NCBI GenBank assembly: GCA_963699755.1
Contig: CAVOVB010000007.1
Coordinates: 128,001-192,000 of the forward strand
From: an uncultured delta proteobacterium
GTDB lineage: Bacteria > Myxococcota_A > Polyangia > Polyangiales > Houyiibacteriaceae
DNA: 64,000 bases
Direction: 5' to 3'
Position numbers and translations under genes: made by a program. How positions within the stretch are numbered: the stretch's first letter is position 1; every line of letters begins with the position of its first letter. The notes under the pieces are model-generated. The model was not told the DNA's origin, did no database searches, and worked only from the letters and a program-made list of their open reading frames with translations. Of the stretch, positions 22,031 to 31,829 are shown piece after piece.

Positions 22031-23091
22031 TGGGCTGCCTTCAGTCGCTCGTGCGTCGCACGAAACTCGTCCATGAGCTCCGGAATGCCTCTTGCCGCGC
22101 TGGTTCGCGGCTCGTAGCCGAGATGCTTGCGCGCCTTGTCGACGCGGAATGAAGCGTCCCGACACACCGAGAGCACGCCGCGACGCGTGAGCATGGGAAA
22201 TGGGGCGCCGAAATAGTGCGCGAGCTCTCCGAGCTGGGCGATGGCATACGCGACCGAAAAGGGAATGTGGAGCTTTGGCCAGCGATACCCGAGCCCTTCG
22301 ACGATCGGACGATACCAGAGCACCGGATTGGTGGGCTCGTCATCGCTCACGAAATAGGCCTGGCCGCCCACGAGCTCCGGATCGTCGGTGAGCTTGGCCG
22401 CCACCAGAAGGTGCACGTCCACGACCGAGTCGACGTGGACATTGTCGGTCACCGACTTCCCGCTCCCGATCATGATCTTGAAGTCGCCCGCAGCGAGGTG
22501 CTCTAAGAAGTCCTGCACCATCATGGCGCCCTCGCCAGGGCCCCAGATGCCGCCGGGCCGAACCGCTGCCGTCCGAAGCCCATTCGGGTCGTTCGCCTCG
22601 AGGACCATCTTCTCCGCCTGGCTCTTGGTCTGCGAATAGAGATCGGGGAGCCCGTCGGATCCGACGTACGGAGCCGTTTCGTCGCCTTCGCGAATCGGGC
22701 CATCGACTGCAACGGTGATCGAGCTGGTGAAGACGAGCTTCTTCACGCCGGCCGCCTGACAGGCAAGGATCAGGCACCGGGTACCGAGCACGTTGACTCC
22801 GTAGACCTCTCGACGAACGCTCGCGCGTGCAAGCGTCAAGGTGTTGATGATCGCGGCGGTGTGAAAGACCGTATCGACGCCTTCGCAGGCTGGACGGACA
22901 TCGCTCATTCGTCGGACGTCGCCCACGATTCCCTTCACTCGCGAGTCGCCCTGAAAAGGCTCCAGATCGAAGGCTCGAACTTCACATCCTAGATCTAAGA
23001 GTCGGCGCACGAGATGCTTGCCGACGTAGCCATTACCGCCGGTCACCAGACAGACGGGACCGACCTGATTCGGATCGACGGGTAGCAGCAT
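22027..23091 (-). CDS. 3-beta-hydroxysteroid dehydrogenase/isomerase family (extended SDR)
   Basis: TGGNGYVG, VFHTAA, YSQTK, RPGGIWGPGE and GQAYFVSD motifs. Confidence 0.85.
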   Translation of the reverse strand: MLLPVDPNQVGPVCLVTGGNGYVGKHLVRRLLDLGCEVRAFDLEPFQGDSRVKGIVGDVRRMSDVRPACEGVDTVFHTAAIINTLTLARASVRREVYGVNVLGTRCLILACQAAGVKKLVFTSSITVAVDGPIREGDETAPYVGSDGLPDLYSQTKSQAEKMVLEANDPNGLRTAAVRPGGIWGPGEGAMMVQDFLEHLAAGDFKIMIGSGKSVTDNVHVDSVVDVHLLVAAKLTDDPELVGGQAYFVSDDEPTNPVLWYRPIVEGLGYRWPKLHIPFSVAYAIAQLGELAHYFGAPFPMLTRRGVLSVCRDASFRVDKARKHLGYEPRTSAARGIPELMDEFRATHERLKAAQ

Positions 23092-23137
23092 GAGTAGCTA
23101 CCGAACTTGAACCGGCATGCTAGCTTGCGCAATCGCT

Positions 23138-24757
23138 ATGAGCAGTCTCACGCCAATCGTGCTGGAGGATGTGGACGGCGCGCACTGGGACGAGCTGGCG
23201 GACCTGGTCGTGGTAGGCCTGGGTGCAGCGGGCATCGCGGCCGCCGTCGAAGCGCGGGAACGCGGCGCCGACGTGCTCCTCTTGGACCGATTCCAAGGAG
23301 GCGGCGCCACCGCGATCAGTGGGGGCGTATTCTATGCCGGGGGCGGGACGCACATCCAGGAAGCGGCCGGTGTCCAGGACACGGTCGAAAACATGTACCG
23401 CTACCTGTCGATGGAAGTGCAGGACGCGGTTTCCCCGGAAACGCTGCGTGACTTTTGCGAAACGAGCGCAGCGAACGTGAGGTGGCTGACCGATCGCGGC
23501 GTTCCCTTCTTGCCCAACCTCTGCCCGGTCAAGACTTCTTATCCCACGAGCGAGTACCATCTCTACTACTCCGGAAACGAGATCTTTCCTCCGTACAGCA
23601 CAGAGGCAAAGCCGGCACAGCGCGGCCACCGTGCCGACGGCGGCGCGTTTCCCGGGGCCAAGATCGTCGAGCCCCTCCGCGAAACCGCCATCGCGGAGGG
23701 AGTGCGAATCGAGCTTCAAGCGCGTGTCTGCCAGTTGATCGTCGATGCATCCGGCGCCGTGGTCGGTGCCGAGTACCGACAGATTCGGTCCGCTCTGTGG
23801 CGAGGCCTGCACAGGCGTTTGCACGAGCTCGAGACGAGCATCGCGAAGATCGCGCCAAGGCTCGCAGCCTGGCTCCGCGGACGCTGCGACGCCATCGAAG
23901 CCAAGCATTCGGCACCCAAACGCGTCCGATGCCGCCGCGGGCTGATTCTCAGCGCCGGGGGTTTCGTCTTCAACCGTGAAATGGTCGCCGAGCACATTCC
24001 CGAGTTCGTCCCGGGCTTGCCGCTCGGCACCGCTGGCGATGACGGCATCGGGATTCGACTCGGCCAGAGCGTCGGCGGCAAGCTCGAGCAAATGCACCGT
24101 GCTTCGGCATGGCGTTTTCTCTATCCGCCGAACGCGTTCGCTCAAGGCGTGCTCGTCAACGACAAGGGCGAACGCTTCGCAAACGAGTTCTGGTACGGGG
24201 CCAAGATCGGCGAAGCGATGGTCGAGGAGAACCACGGTATCGCCACTCTCGTCATCGACGAGGAGCTCAAGAAGCTGGCCCAACAGCAGTCCAAGAGGGG
24301 CGAGCTCCAGTGGTTTCAACGAGCCGCCGCGCTCATGAACCTCTACCTAAATTGTAAAAAGGCCGAAGACGTCGAAGCGCTCGCCAAGATGCTTCATGTG
24401 CCACGCGAAAACCTACAAAAGACGCTGGACGAGAACAACGCGGTCGCTCAAGGCATTCACGCAGATCGCTTCGACAAAGCCCGCGATAGCGTACATCTGC
24501 TGCGCAAGGGTCCGTACTACGCGATCGATTGCTCCCTCGGCTCGAAGCGACACCTCTGCGCGGTCATGACCCTTGGCGGCCTCGCGGTCGACGAGAAGAC
24601 GGGCCAAGTCCTGAGCGAGAACGGAGGCGTGGTTCCCGGCCTATACGCTGCAGGCCGCAATGCCGTCGGAATCTGCTCCCGACAGTACGTGAGCGGTTTG
24701 TCGATAGCCGACTGCATCTACTCGGGCTTGCGCGCCGCGAGGCACGCGATTCAATGA
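23138..24757 (+). CDS. FAD-binding dehydrogenase (FAD_binding_2; 3-ketosteroid dehydrogenase-like)
   Basis: GLGAAG, GGATAISGG, LSAGGF, TLGGL...GLYAAG and YVSGLSIADCIYSG motifs. Confidence 0.85.
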   Translation: MSSLTPIVLEDVDGAHWDELADLVVVGLGAAGIAAAVEARERGADVLLLDRFQGGGATAISGGVFYAGGGTHIQEAAGVQDTVENMYRYLSMEVQDAVSPETLRDFCETSAANVRWLTDRGVPFLPNLCPVKTSYPTSEYHLYYSGNEIFPPYSTEAKPAQRGHRADGGAFPGAKIVEPLRETAIAEGVRIELQARVCQLIVDASGAVVGAEYRQIRSALWRGLHRRLHELETSIAKIAPRLAAWLRGRCDAIEAKHSAPKRVRCRRGLILSAGGFVFNREMVAEHIPEFVPGLPLGTAGDDGIGIRLGQSVGGKLEQMHRASAWRFLYPPNAFAQGVLVNDKGERFANEFWYGAKIGEAMVEENHGIATLVIDEELKKLAQQQSKRGELQWFQRAAALMNLYLNCKKAEDVEALAKMLHVPRENLQKTLDENNAVAQGIHADRFDKARDSVHLLRKGPYYAIDCSLGSKRHLCAVMTLGGLAVDEKTGQVLSENGGVVPGLYAAGRNAVGICSRQYVSGLSIADCIYSGLRAARHAIQ

Positions 24758-24802
24758 CCCCGCCAAGTGGGGAGAACCACTTGTTGACTGGCCCTTGTGA
24801 GC

Positions 24803-26649
24803 TCAGCAGCCCTTGGCCGTAAGCGTCCCCGACGCGGTCGTGTAGGTCGCATCCAAGACATTGGATTCTTCGTCGTAGGACCAGTCGTCTTGGGAAAGGG
24901 TGGTGCCATCCAGACTGACAGCGCAGACATCGATCGGTTGCGAAAGCGTCCTCGTCGACGCCTCGAGATGGGCGGTGCGTTCCCTGCCGTTCTGCATGCT
25001 GAGGGTCCACGACCCCTCGGCTTCCGCGCTCGTCCACGAGCCATCGTCGTAGAACTTGCCCGACGTTTCTCCGCGCGGGAAGGCGAGGACGTGCAGCAGC
25101 TGGTCTCGGTCAGACGCATGGACGATCTCGGGGTCGTCGCCGTACTCGGCCAGCGCGAAGACGTCGGGCGCCAGCATCGGGATGACGGCGCCAGCCTTCA
25201 CGAATATCGGAATCTCGGGAATTGGCGCCGCAACCGTAACCGATCGCATCCCCTCGTGCAGCTCGGCAGCCCCCAAGTCGAAGGTGCCGCCCAGCTCTCC
25301 GTAGGTTACCGTCCGCCACCATTCGACCCAGGTGCCTTCGGGCAGATACGACAGCTCACGATCGGTGGCACCCTGGACGTAAACCGGCGCCACGAGGATG
25401 TCCGGACCAAACATGTACTGGTCATCGCGTGCGGTTGCTTGCGCATCGCCAGGGTGGGTAAGCAGGTGGTGCTGCATGATGGGCATTCCCGTGGCGTAGT
25501 ACTCATGAGCCGCCGCCTGGATGTACGGATACAGCTGGGTGTGGAGCTTCGTCCCTGTAGCGCCGTCCTCGGAGACCGCGTCCAGCGGCGTGTACTCGCC
25601 AAAGTCCTCCATCCAGCCATCATAGCCATGCTCGATCGCTTCATCGGTCAGAGTCTCGTACGCGGACACTCCGTTTTCCGCGGCGAAGTCGAACTGGCTC
25701 ACCGGGAAGCTGTTCTCGACGTTGGTGCTGTAGTCGTAAACGTATGTCCGACCGTCCTGGTCTTTGATGAGCGCATCCAAGGCTTCGGCGTCGCTGAACG
25801 CAGGTTCATAGCTGACGCAGATCATCGGGTTGAAGTAGGTGTGAATCGCCACGCCCATGTCGTGGTTGGCGGCGGTTCGAGCCTTCTGAGCCTCCTCGTT
25901 TCCCTGCTGAGAACCGCAGGGCAGGTAGTGAGTGTAGGTCGCATTGAGCGAGGTGGGCACATCGTCGAGGCGTGCCTCCAGCGCGTTCCCCAGGGCGGGA
26001 GTACCGTCCGCATGATGAAATACTCGCCAAGATCGTAGTAAGGCCCATCGGCGACGTAGTGCTCGAGTATCCAGCCCGCTTGGTTGACCGCGTTGCTGCG
26101 TTCACCAAAGCCAACGAACCGCTCCTCTTCCTCCGCCAGGAACCCAATGCCAAGTGCCTGCACGCCATCGGCGCTCGATGGCCGCACCGTGACCTCGATC
26201 ACGCCGTCGGACTCAGGCATTGCGACGAGCTCCAGCTTGCGGCCTGGGTCCGAGGTCGCAAGCGTCGCCACGTAGGATTCTCCCTCGTACGCGTACGACT
26301 CGACCGCGACAGCATGTACCCAGCCGCTGTCGCGCAGAGGCGGCACTGCCGGCTGGCCATCGTCAAGGGGCGGCAAGGTCGACTCCTGGCCGTTGCCGGG
26401 AGGCGGCGGACCGAGGTGCATCCCCAGACTTCCGCTCGGACCATCCCCGAGCTCGGGCAGCTCGACGAGCACCGGTGCGCCTCGAGCGTCGACGAACGTC
26501 ATGTTCCAAGGAGACTCGGTGACGCGCATTTTCAGGGCGCCCGAATCGAGGGTCCAATCATTGCCCGACGGAGCGTCGCTATTGGTGCGGCATCCACCAA
26601 GCGCGGGGGTCAGCAGGAAACCAAGTACGACGAAGCCAAGCAACCGCAT
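24803..26649 (-). pseudogene. Glycoside hydrolase family 31 lipoprotein with a frameshift and internal deletions
   Basis: Lipobox LGGC and GFGER in ORF 25822-26649; YFNPM, DGWMEDFGE and QYMFGPDILVAPV in ORF 24803-25960; acid/base segment apparently missing. Confidence 0.8.
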
Positions 26650-26699
26650 CTTCCACTCCCGAAACCGACGATTCCGGCGCCGAGTCTCGCCCCGGGGCG

Positions 26700-27107
26700 C
26701 TAGCGCACGCCGCTGCGCCGTTGCCGCGCGCGCATGCTGAGCTCGACGAGACTAATCACGACGAGCACCGAGGCCAAGCTCCAAAGAATCACCTGTCCGC
26801 GAAGCGGCATCCGCAAGTCGCCAAAGAGGAGCCAGCCCGTGAGCACGAGGCCGCCGGAGAGATTGATCGCAACGGCCCCGCCAAGCCCGAGACCCAGGAG
26901 CTGTCCCTCCCCGCGGACAGCTTCCCAAACCAGAGCGATCCCGATTCCGAATAGCACCGCTCCGAGAATGGTTGGATAAAACGCCGTATCGGACGCGGGA
27001 AGACCCAACCAGTCCGCAACGGGATGGAAGCATAGAAGCGCGACGCCCAGCAGGAGGTTGATGAAACCGTCGACGAACAGAACAAGTGCGCGTCGGGGGT
27101 TTGGCAT
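26700..27107 (-). CDS. Hypothetical membrane protein (about 4 TM)
   Basis: Hydrophobic helices; fills the intergenic space. Confidence 0.7.
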   Translation of the reverse strand: MPNPRRALVLFVDGFINLLLGVALLCFHPVADWLGLPASDTAFYPTILGAVLFGIGIALVWEAVRGEGQLLGLGLGGAVAINLSGGLVLTGWLLFGDLRMPLRGQVILWSLASVLVVISLVELSMRARQRRSGVR

Positions 27108-27248
27108 GCCGCAAGACGATACCACTACTCTCGGGAGGACGCAGAGCACGGCTTCGGTCTCAGATTTCACCCTGAAATCATATGGGAAAGCACTCGATTG
27201 AATGGCCGGCGCCAAGGAGCGTCTATCGCGAGAGAGAGGACTTTGGCC

Positions 27249-27683
27249 ATGCGACTTACAATGAATAAACGCCCCACATGGCTTGGGATCGCGCTGTTCG
27301 CCTCCATGCTTTCAGGCTGCATCTTCATCGGGGACTACGAAGACGTCTTCGAGCCCCAATCCAAAGCGATTACCTACGAGGTCTGCTATTCGAACGTCGA
27401 TTGCTTCGCAGGCGAGTATTGCGAAGAGCTCGCATTGCCGCGCGACCGCTACACCGACTTCGTCAATGCGATTTGCACGGTCGGCTGCTTCGACGACCTC
27501 GATTGCCCCATCTCCGAATTCAATGGCCTCCCGGGCGCATGCGTGGACCATGCTATCCTCGGCGGCCCGATCGGCCCGCGCCTGTGCATCGAGCGCTGTG
27601 AAATCGACGCGGACTGCGACGTGGCCGCCGGCTTTGGCTGTGAGTTCATCGCCGGCGACCGGCTCTGCGTCCCGATTCGATGA
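27249..27683 (+). CDS. Cys-rich lipoprotein (myxobacterial-type disulfide repeats)
   Basis: SD GAGAGGA; lipobox LSGC; repeated CxxxxDC units. Confidence 0.8.
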   Translation: MRLTMNKRPTWLGIALFASMLSGCIFIGDYEDVFEPQSKAITYEVCYSNVDCFAGEYCEELALPRDRYTDFVNAICTVGCFDDLDCPISEFNGLPGACVDHAILGGPIGPRLCIERCEIDADCDVAAGFGCEFIAGDRLCVPIR

Positions 27684-27746
27684 GCCGGCTGGGGTCGACA
27701 CTGTGCTAGGGGCGCTATGGTAGTCTTCGAAGCAAGGAAGGCATCC

Positions 27747-28406
27747 ATGGCAACGGTACTCATCACCGGCGCGAACAGGGGCATCGGTCTCGAGCTCTGC
27801 CGACAACTCCGCGGCCGGGGCGACGAGGTTGTGGCCCTTTGTCGGAAGGGCAGCCCGGAGCTCGAAGCGCTTGGCGTTCGACTCTTCGAAAAGGTGGATG
27901 TCACGGACCCCGCGGCACTGGAATCGGTGTCGCAGGAGCTCGGCGACACCAAAATTCACATCCTCATCAACAATGCGGGGATCTTCGGGAACGAATCCTT
28001 CGATCGCCTCGACTTCGACCGGATCCGCGGGCACTTCGAGGTCAATGCCCTCGGCGCCCTACGGGTCACATCGATCATGTCTCCCCATCTCGTGAAGGGC
28101 TCCAAGGTCATCCTCATCACGAGCAGGATGGGTTCGATCGGAGACAACGGCTCGGGCAGCTACTACGGCTACCGAATGGCGAAAGCAGCCTTGAACATGG
28201 CCGGGGTCAACCTCGCGCACGACTTGCGCGGCAGAGGCGTTTCCGTCGCGATCCTGCACCCGGGCTTGGTCGCTACCGAAATGACCGGCCGTCATGGCAT
28301 TCCCCCTGCGGAGTCGGCCAGGGGCCTGATCTCGCGAATGGACGACTTGCAGCTGGAGAGCTCCGGGACGTTCTGGCACGCGAACGGTGAACGGCTCCCC
28401 TGGTAG
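27747..28406 (+). CDS. SDR of the CsgA/C-factor family
   Basis: TGANRGIG, ITSRMGSI.DN, YRMAKAALNM, LHPG and C-terminal LPW. Confidence 0.88.
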   Translation: MATVLITGANRGIGLELCRQLRGRGDEVVALCRKGSPELEALGVRLFEKVDVTDPAALESVSQELGDTKIHILINNAGIFGNESFDRLDFDRIRGHFEVNALGALRVTSIMSPHLVKGSKVILITSRMGSIGDNGSGSYYGYRMAKAALNMAGVNLAHDLRGRGVSVAILHPGLVATEMTGRHGIPPAESARGLISRMDDLQLESSGTFWHANGERLPW

Positions 28407-28469
28407 GAGAGCCTACACAGTCACACATGTCACCCTGGCAGGCCGGATGCCAGTTTGTTTCACTGAGAT

Positions 28470-29228
28470 GTGGGCAAAAGAGCGAAGACCGCACTTGGGG
28501 TTTGCCTGCTCATTGCGGTGACCACGCTGACTGCTTGCTTCGTGGACCGCTCAGGTCTCCCTGGCCTCGACGGGCCGGGGCCGCGTGCCAGCTGTACGCC
28601 CAGATGCGAGAACGGCGGCGTTTGCGTCGTCACCGACTGCTTCTGTGAACCGGTCGACTACATGGGCCCGAGCTGCACGGAATGGATCGACGACTGCTTA
28701 GAGGTCGATTGCATGCACGGCGAGTGTCTCGATCGCGTTCGCTCAGCGTCATGCGACTGCAACGAGGGATGGGCGATCGACGAAAGCGGATTGTGTAGTG
28801 TTCAGCTTCTGAGCTGCGCCACGCCCAATGCCTGCGTCCATGGGGACTGCGATGACAGCTCCGGTACGGTGGTCTGCACCTGTGAATCAGGGTTTGAAGG
28901 CACGAACTGCAACGTCCCCGTGGGCTGCGGAAGCCCACCGGAAGGTCCGCCCCACTCCGAGACTGGCGATATCACTGGCACCGAGTTCGGCGACGTCGTG
29001 GTCTACAGCTGCAAGTGGGGATTCGGACCGGGCTTTGACAGCATCGCCTGCCAAGGCGATGGCAACTGGGAGACACCCGTGCTCGAGTGTGACGACATCG
29101 ACGAGTGCGCCTGGGGCGTCGGTTTCTGCAATCCATTCGGCACGGAGAGCTGCGAGAACCAGGACGGAGGGTACGAGTGCCACTGTATGGATGGTTGGAG
29201 CGGAACCTACTGCCACCAATGGGAATGA
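28470..29228 (+). CDS. Lipoprotein with EGF-like repeats, a Sushi/CCP module and a Ca-binding EGF domain
   Basis: Lipobox LTAC; CENGGVC, CTCESGFEGTNC, CGSPP...YSC..GF...C..DGNW....LEC and DIDEC...CEN..GGYECHC. Confidence 0.82.
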   Translation: MGKRAKTALGVCLLIAVTTLTACFVDRSGLPGLDGPGPRASCTPRCENGGVCVVTDCFCEPVDYMGPSCTEWIDDCLEVDCMHGECLDRVRSASCDCNEGWAIDESGLCSVQLLSCATPNACVHGDCDDSSGTVVCTCESGFEGTNCNVPVGCGSPPEGPPHSETGDITGTEFGDVVVYSCKWGFGPGFDSIACQGDGNWETPVLECDDIDECAWGVGFCNPFGTESCENQDGGYECHCMDGWSGTYCHQWE

Positions 29229-29280
29229 GCGCCCCCTGACGGTTGTCGCCCGCAGCGAGATCCGTCAAGCTGCCAGGCCT

Positions 29281-30297
29281 GTGTATGCCGACTGGGAAAG
29301 CCTACCAACGGAGGAGCTCCTCGACGTTCGCCTGAGCGACCTCGGTCTCAGCATTGAGAATACCTGGCTCGAGGACTGTGTGGAACGACTCCGGGAAGAG
29401 TTTGCGGGCGCAGGGCTTCGGCGATTTCGAGTCCACTTCTGGCTCAGCGACGAATGGTGCTCGCCAGACGGAATCCCCGGGATCGGAGTACCGTTCTATC
29501 TCGCACATCCACGGTTGATGCGTCTCGAACGCCAAATGATGTTCGAGGTGGAGGGCGGCACTCGGGCGGAGTGCATGCGTCTTTTACGCCATGAGGCTGG
29601 ACACGCCTTGCAGCACGCATACAAGCTTCAACGAAGAAGCCTTTGGCAGCGCGCATTCGGCCGAGCGTCAGAGCCATACCCTGACTTCTATCGACCCAAC
29701 CCCTCGAGCAAAGATTTCGTGGAACACCTAGACGGCTGGTACGCGCAGGCTCACCCAGTCGAGGATTTCGCCGAAACCTTCGCGGTTTGGCTTGCCCCGC
29801 GCTCGAACTGGAAGACCCAGTATGCAGATTCCAGAGCACTCGAAAAGCTAGAGTATGTCGACGCGCTCGCCGCCGACCTCTCGATGAAGAAGCCGCAGGT
29901 CCGCTCCCGCGCCCGTCCCTATTCTCTTCCGCAGCTCCGCCATACGCTTCGACGTCACTATGAGCGACGGCAGGATCACTACAGCCCTGGGTTTAGCGTC
30001 GAGTACGACCGGGACTTGCTCAAGATCTTCAGCGACTCCGCCCGCTATCGGAACAACGAGACTGCGGCGTCGTTTCTGCGCCGAAATCGGCGACAAATTC
30101 GGGAACAAATATCCCTTTTCACCGGGGAGTATCAGTTCACCGTCGATCAGGTCCTTCGTGATATCATGGGACGGTGTCGGGAGCTGAGGCTCCGACTCAC
30201 CAGGGGGGAGCGTCAGACGAAGCTCGACTTTGCCATCATGTTGACGGTGCACACCGTGCACCTTCTGCACCGGCGGGATACATGGCATCCACTCTAA
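29281..30297 (+). CDS. Putative zinc-binding metallopeptidase (start uncertain)
   Basis: RHEAGHA (HExxH) and YAQAHPVEDFAETFAVW motifs. Confidence 0.85.
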   Translation: MYADWESLPTEELLDVRLSDLGLSIENTWLEDCVERLREEFAGAGLRRFRVHFWLSDEWCSPDGIPGIGVPFYLAHPRLMRLERQMMFEVEGGTRAECMRLLRHEAGHALQHAYKLQRRSLWQRAFGRASEPYPDFYRPNPSSKDFVEHLDGWYAQAHPVEDFAETFAVWLAPRSNWKTQYADSRALEKLEYVDALAADLSMKKPQVRSRARPYSLPQLRHTLRRHYERRQDHYSPGFSVEYDRDLLKIFSDSARYRNNETAASFLRRNRRQIREQISLFTGEYQFTVDQVLRDIMGRCRELRLRLTRGERQTKLDFAIMLTVHTVHLLHRRDTWHPL

Positions 30298-31313
30298 AGC
30301 GACGGCGAATCATCGTTCTGGTGCATGAAAGCCTCATTCCTCCCCAAGACGTCAGCGATCTGACCGATGAGCAGATCGCACCGTTCAAAACGGAATTCGA
30401 GGTGCGCAAGGGTCTTCGGACGCTCGGGCACGAGGTCCTGATGGTCGGTTTGAGCGATGAGCTCGCGCCCCTTCGTGCCGCGATCGAGGAATTCAAGCCG
30501 CACGTCGTCTTCAACCTTCTCGAAGAGTTCGACGGCGAGGCGATCTTCGATGCGCACGTCGTTGGCTATTTGGAGCTCCAGCGCGCTGCCTATACCGGTT
30601 GCAACCCGCGCGGGCTCCTGCTCGCGCGGGACAAGGCGCTTTCGAAGAAGGTCCTCGCCTACCACCGGATTCAGGTGCCCCGGTTCCGCGTCTTTCCGCG
30701 CTACCGAAGGATCCGGCGGCCGCAGCGCCTCGCGTTTCCGCTGATCGTGAAGTCTCTGATCGAAGAGGGGAGCTACGGAATCGCCCAAGCTTCTGTCGTT
30801 CATACCGACAAGGCCCTCGAGGAAAGGGTGTCATTCATTCACGAGAAGATCCTCACGGACGCGGTCGTCGAGCAGTATATCGAAGGCCGTGAGCTCTACG
30901 TCTCGGTGCTCGGAAACCATCGTCTGCAAGTACTTCCGACCTGGGAGATCTTCCTCGACAAGCTTCCCGACGACGCTGCCAAGATTGCGACCCGCAAGGT
31001 CAAGTGGGACCTCGAGTACCAGCAGAAGCATGGCGTTCGGATCGGGCGAGCCAAAGGGCTCTCAGAGGAGATGGAACGTCGAATCGCCCGGCTGTCGCGA
31101 CGCATTTCCCGGAGCCTCGGCACCGACGGCTGCGTCCGAATCGACTTTCGACTCGACGAGTCGGGCGAGCTGTACTTCTTGGAAGCCAACCCCAACCCCG
31201 ACATCGGCGAGTTCGAAGAGTTCGCGAGCGCCGCCAAGGCAGCCGGAATGGGCTACCCGCAGCTCTTGCAGAAGATCGTCAACCTGGGGATCCTCCGCGC
31301 CGAGCGAGGCTGA
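30282..31313 (+). CDS. D-Ala-D-Ala-ligase-like ATP-grasp protein
   Basis: VFNL, DKALSK, PLIVK...EGSYGI, EQYIEGRE, RIDFR and LEANPNP motifs. Confidence 0.88.
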   Translation: MASTLKRRRIIVLVHESLIPPQDVSDLTDEQIAPFKTEFEVRKGLRTLGHEVLMVGLSDELAPLRAAIEEFKPHVVFNLLEEFDGEAIFDAHVVGYLELQRAAYTGCNPRGLLLARDKALSKKVLAYHRIQVPRFRVFPRYRRIRRPQRLAFPLIVKSLIEEGSYGIAQASVVHTDKALEERVSFIHEKILTDAVVEQYIEGRELYVSVLGNHRLQVLPTWEIFLDKLPDDAAKIATRKVKWDLEYQQKHGVRIGRAKGLSEEMERRIARLSRRISRSLGTDGCVRIDFRLDESGELYFLEANPNPDIGEFEEFASAAKAAGMGYPQLLQKIVNLGILRAERG

Positions 31314-31334
31314 CCCCCGAGGCTCGATAGATCG

Positions 31335-31817
31335 CTATTGCGGATACATCTCGTGCAGGTACGAGCGGAAGCAGTCCGCCTCTGCGCGGGTCCAGTAGCC
31401 CCCTGTGACCGGCATCCGGATCGACCCGATAGGCCGCTCCGTGACCTCCGACAGCATCAGGCTGCAGTCGGGATCGAGATCGTCCACTACGTCGTACCCG
31501 GGTGTCTCGCCCGGAACCGTCAGGGCAGAAAGCGCAGCTTCGACCGAACCCGACAGGTTCATCGTCCAACTCGTTGCCGCCGGCGCACTGTGGCAGCCGC
31601 CCGCCGCACAGGTATCGAGCTTCGCGCGAAGCGCGGAGTCGTCCTGCATCGAGTAGCCCGGCAAATCACAGGATGGTGCAGCGACGTCCGGATTGTCGCA
31701 GTACACGAGGTTCAAGCTGAAGGGCTCGCCCGTGTCGCTTTCCCCGCAGGCTGCGAGAACCGAGCCACAGGCCACCAACACCATGAATCGCAGCAAGTTC
31801 GTCCGTGTGTAAGACAT
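31335..31817 (-). CDS. Cys-rich lipoprotein with an atypical CxxxxCH heme-like motif
   Basis: Lipobox LAAC; CAAGGCH; distal RMP Met. Confidence 0.68.
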   Translation of the reverse strand: MSYTRTNLLRFMVLVACGSVLAACGESDTGEPFSLNLVYCDNPDVAAPSCDLPGYSMQDDSALRAKLDTCAAGGCHSAPAATSWTMNLSGSVEAALSALTVPGETPGYDVVDDLDPDCSLMLSEVTERPIGSIRMPVTGGYWTRAEADCFRSYLHEMYPQ

Positions 31818-31829
31818 TTTCTTGGTCAC

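Noticed and set aside
24797..26038. 413-aa plus-strand ORF
   Set aside because: Antisense shadow of the GH31 gene; no motifs; expected in high-GC DNA
27747..28406. Calling the SDR a true csgA C-signal orthologue
   Set aside because: The family is widespread, and orthology cannot be shown from the sequence alone
28828..29280. N-terminal extension of the metallopeptidase ORF
   Set aside because: Alternate frame of the EGF lipoprotein; peptidase-like sequence starts near 29281
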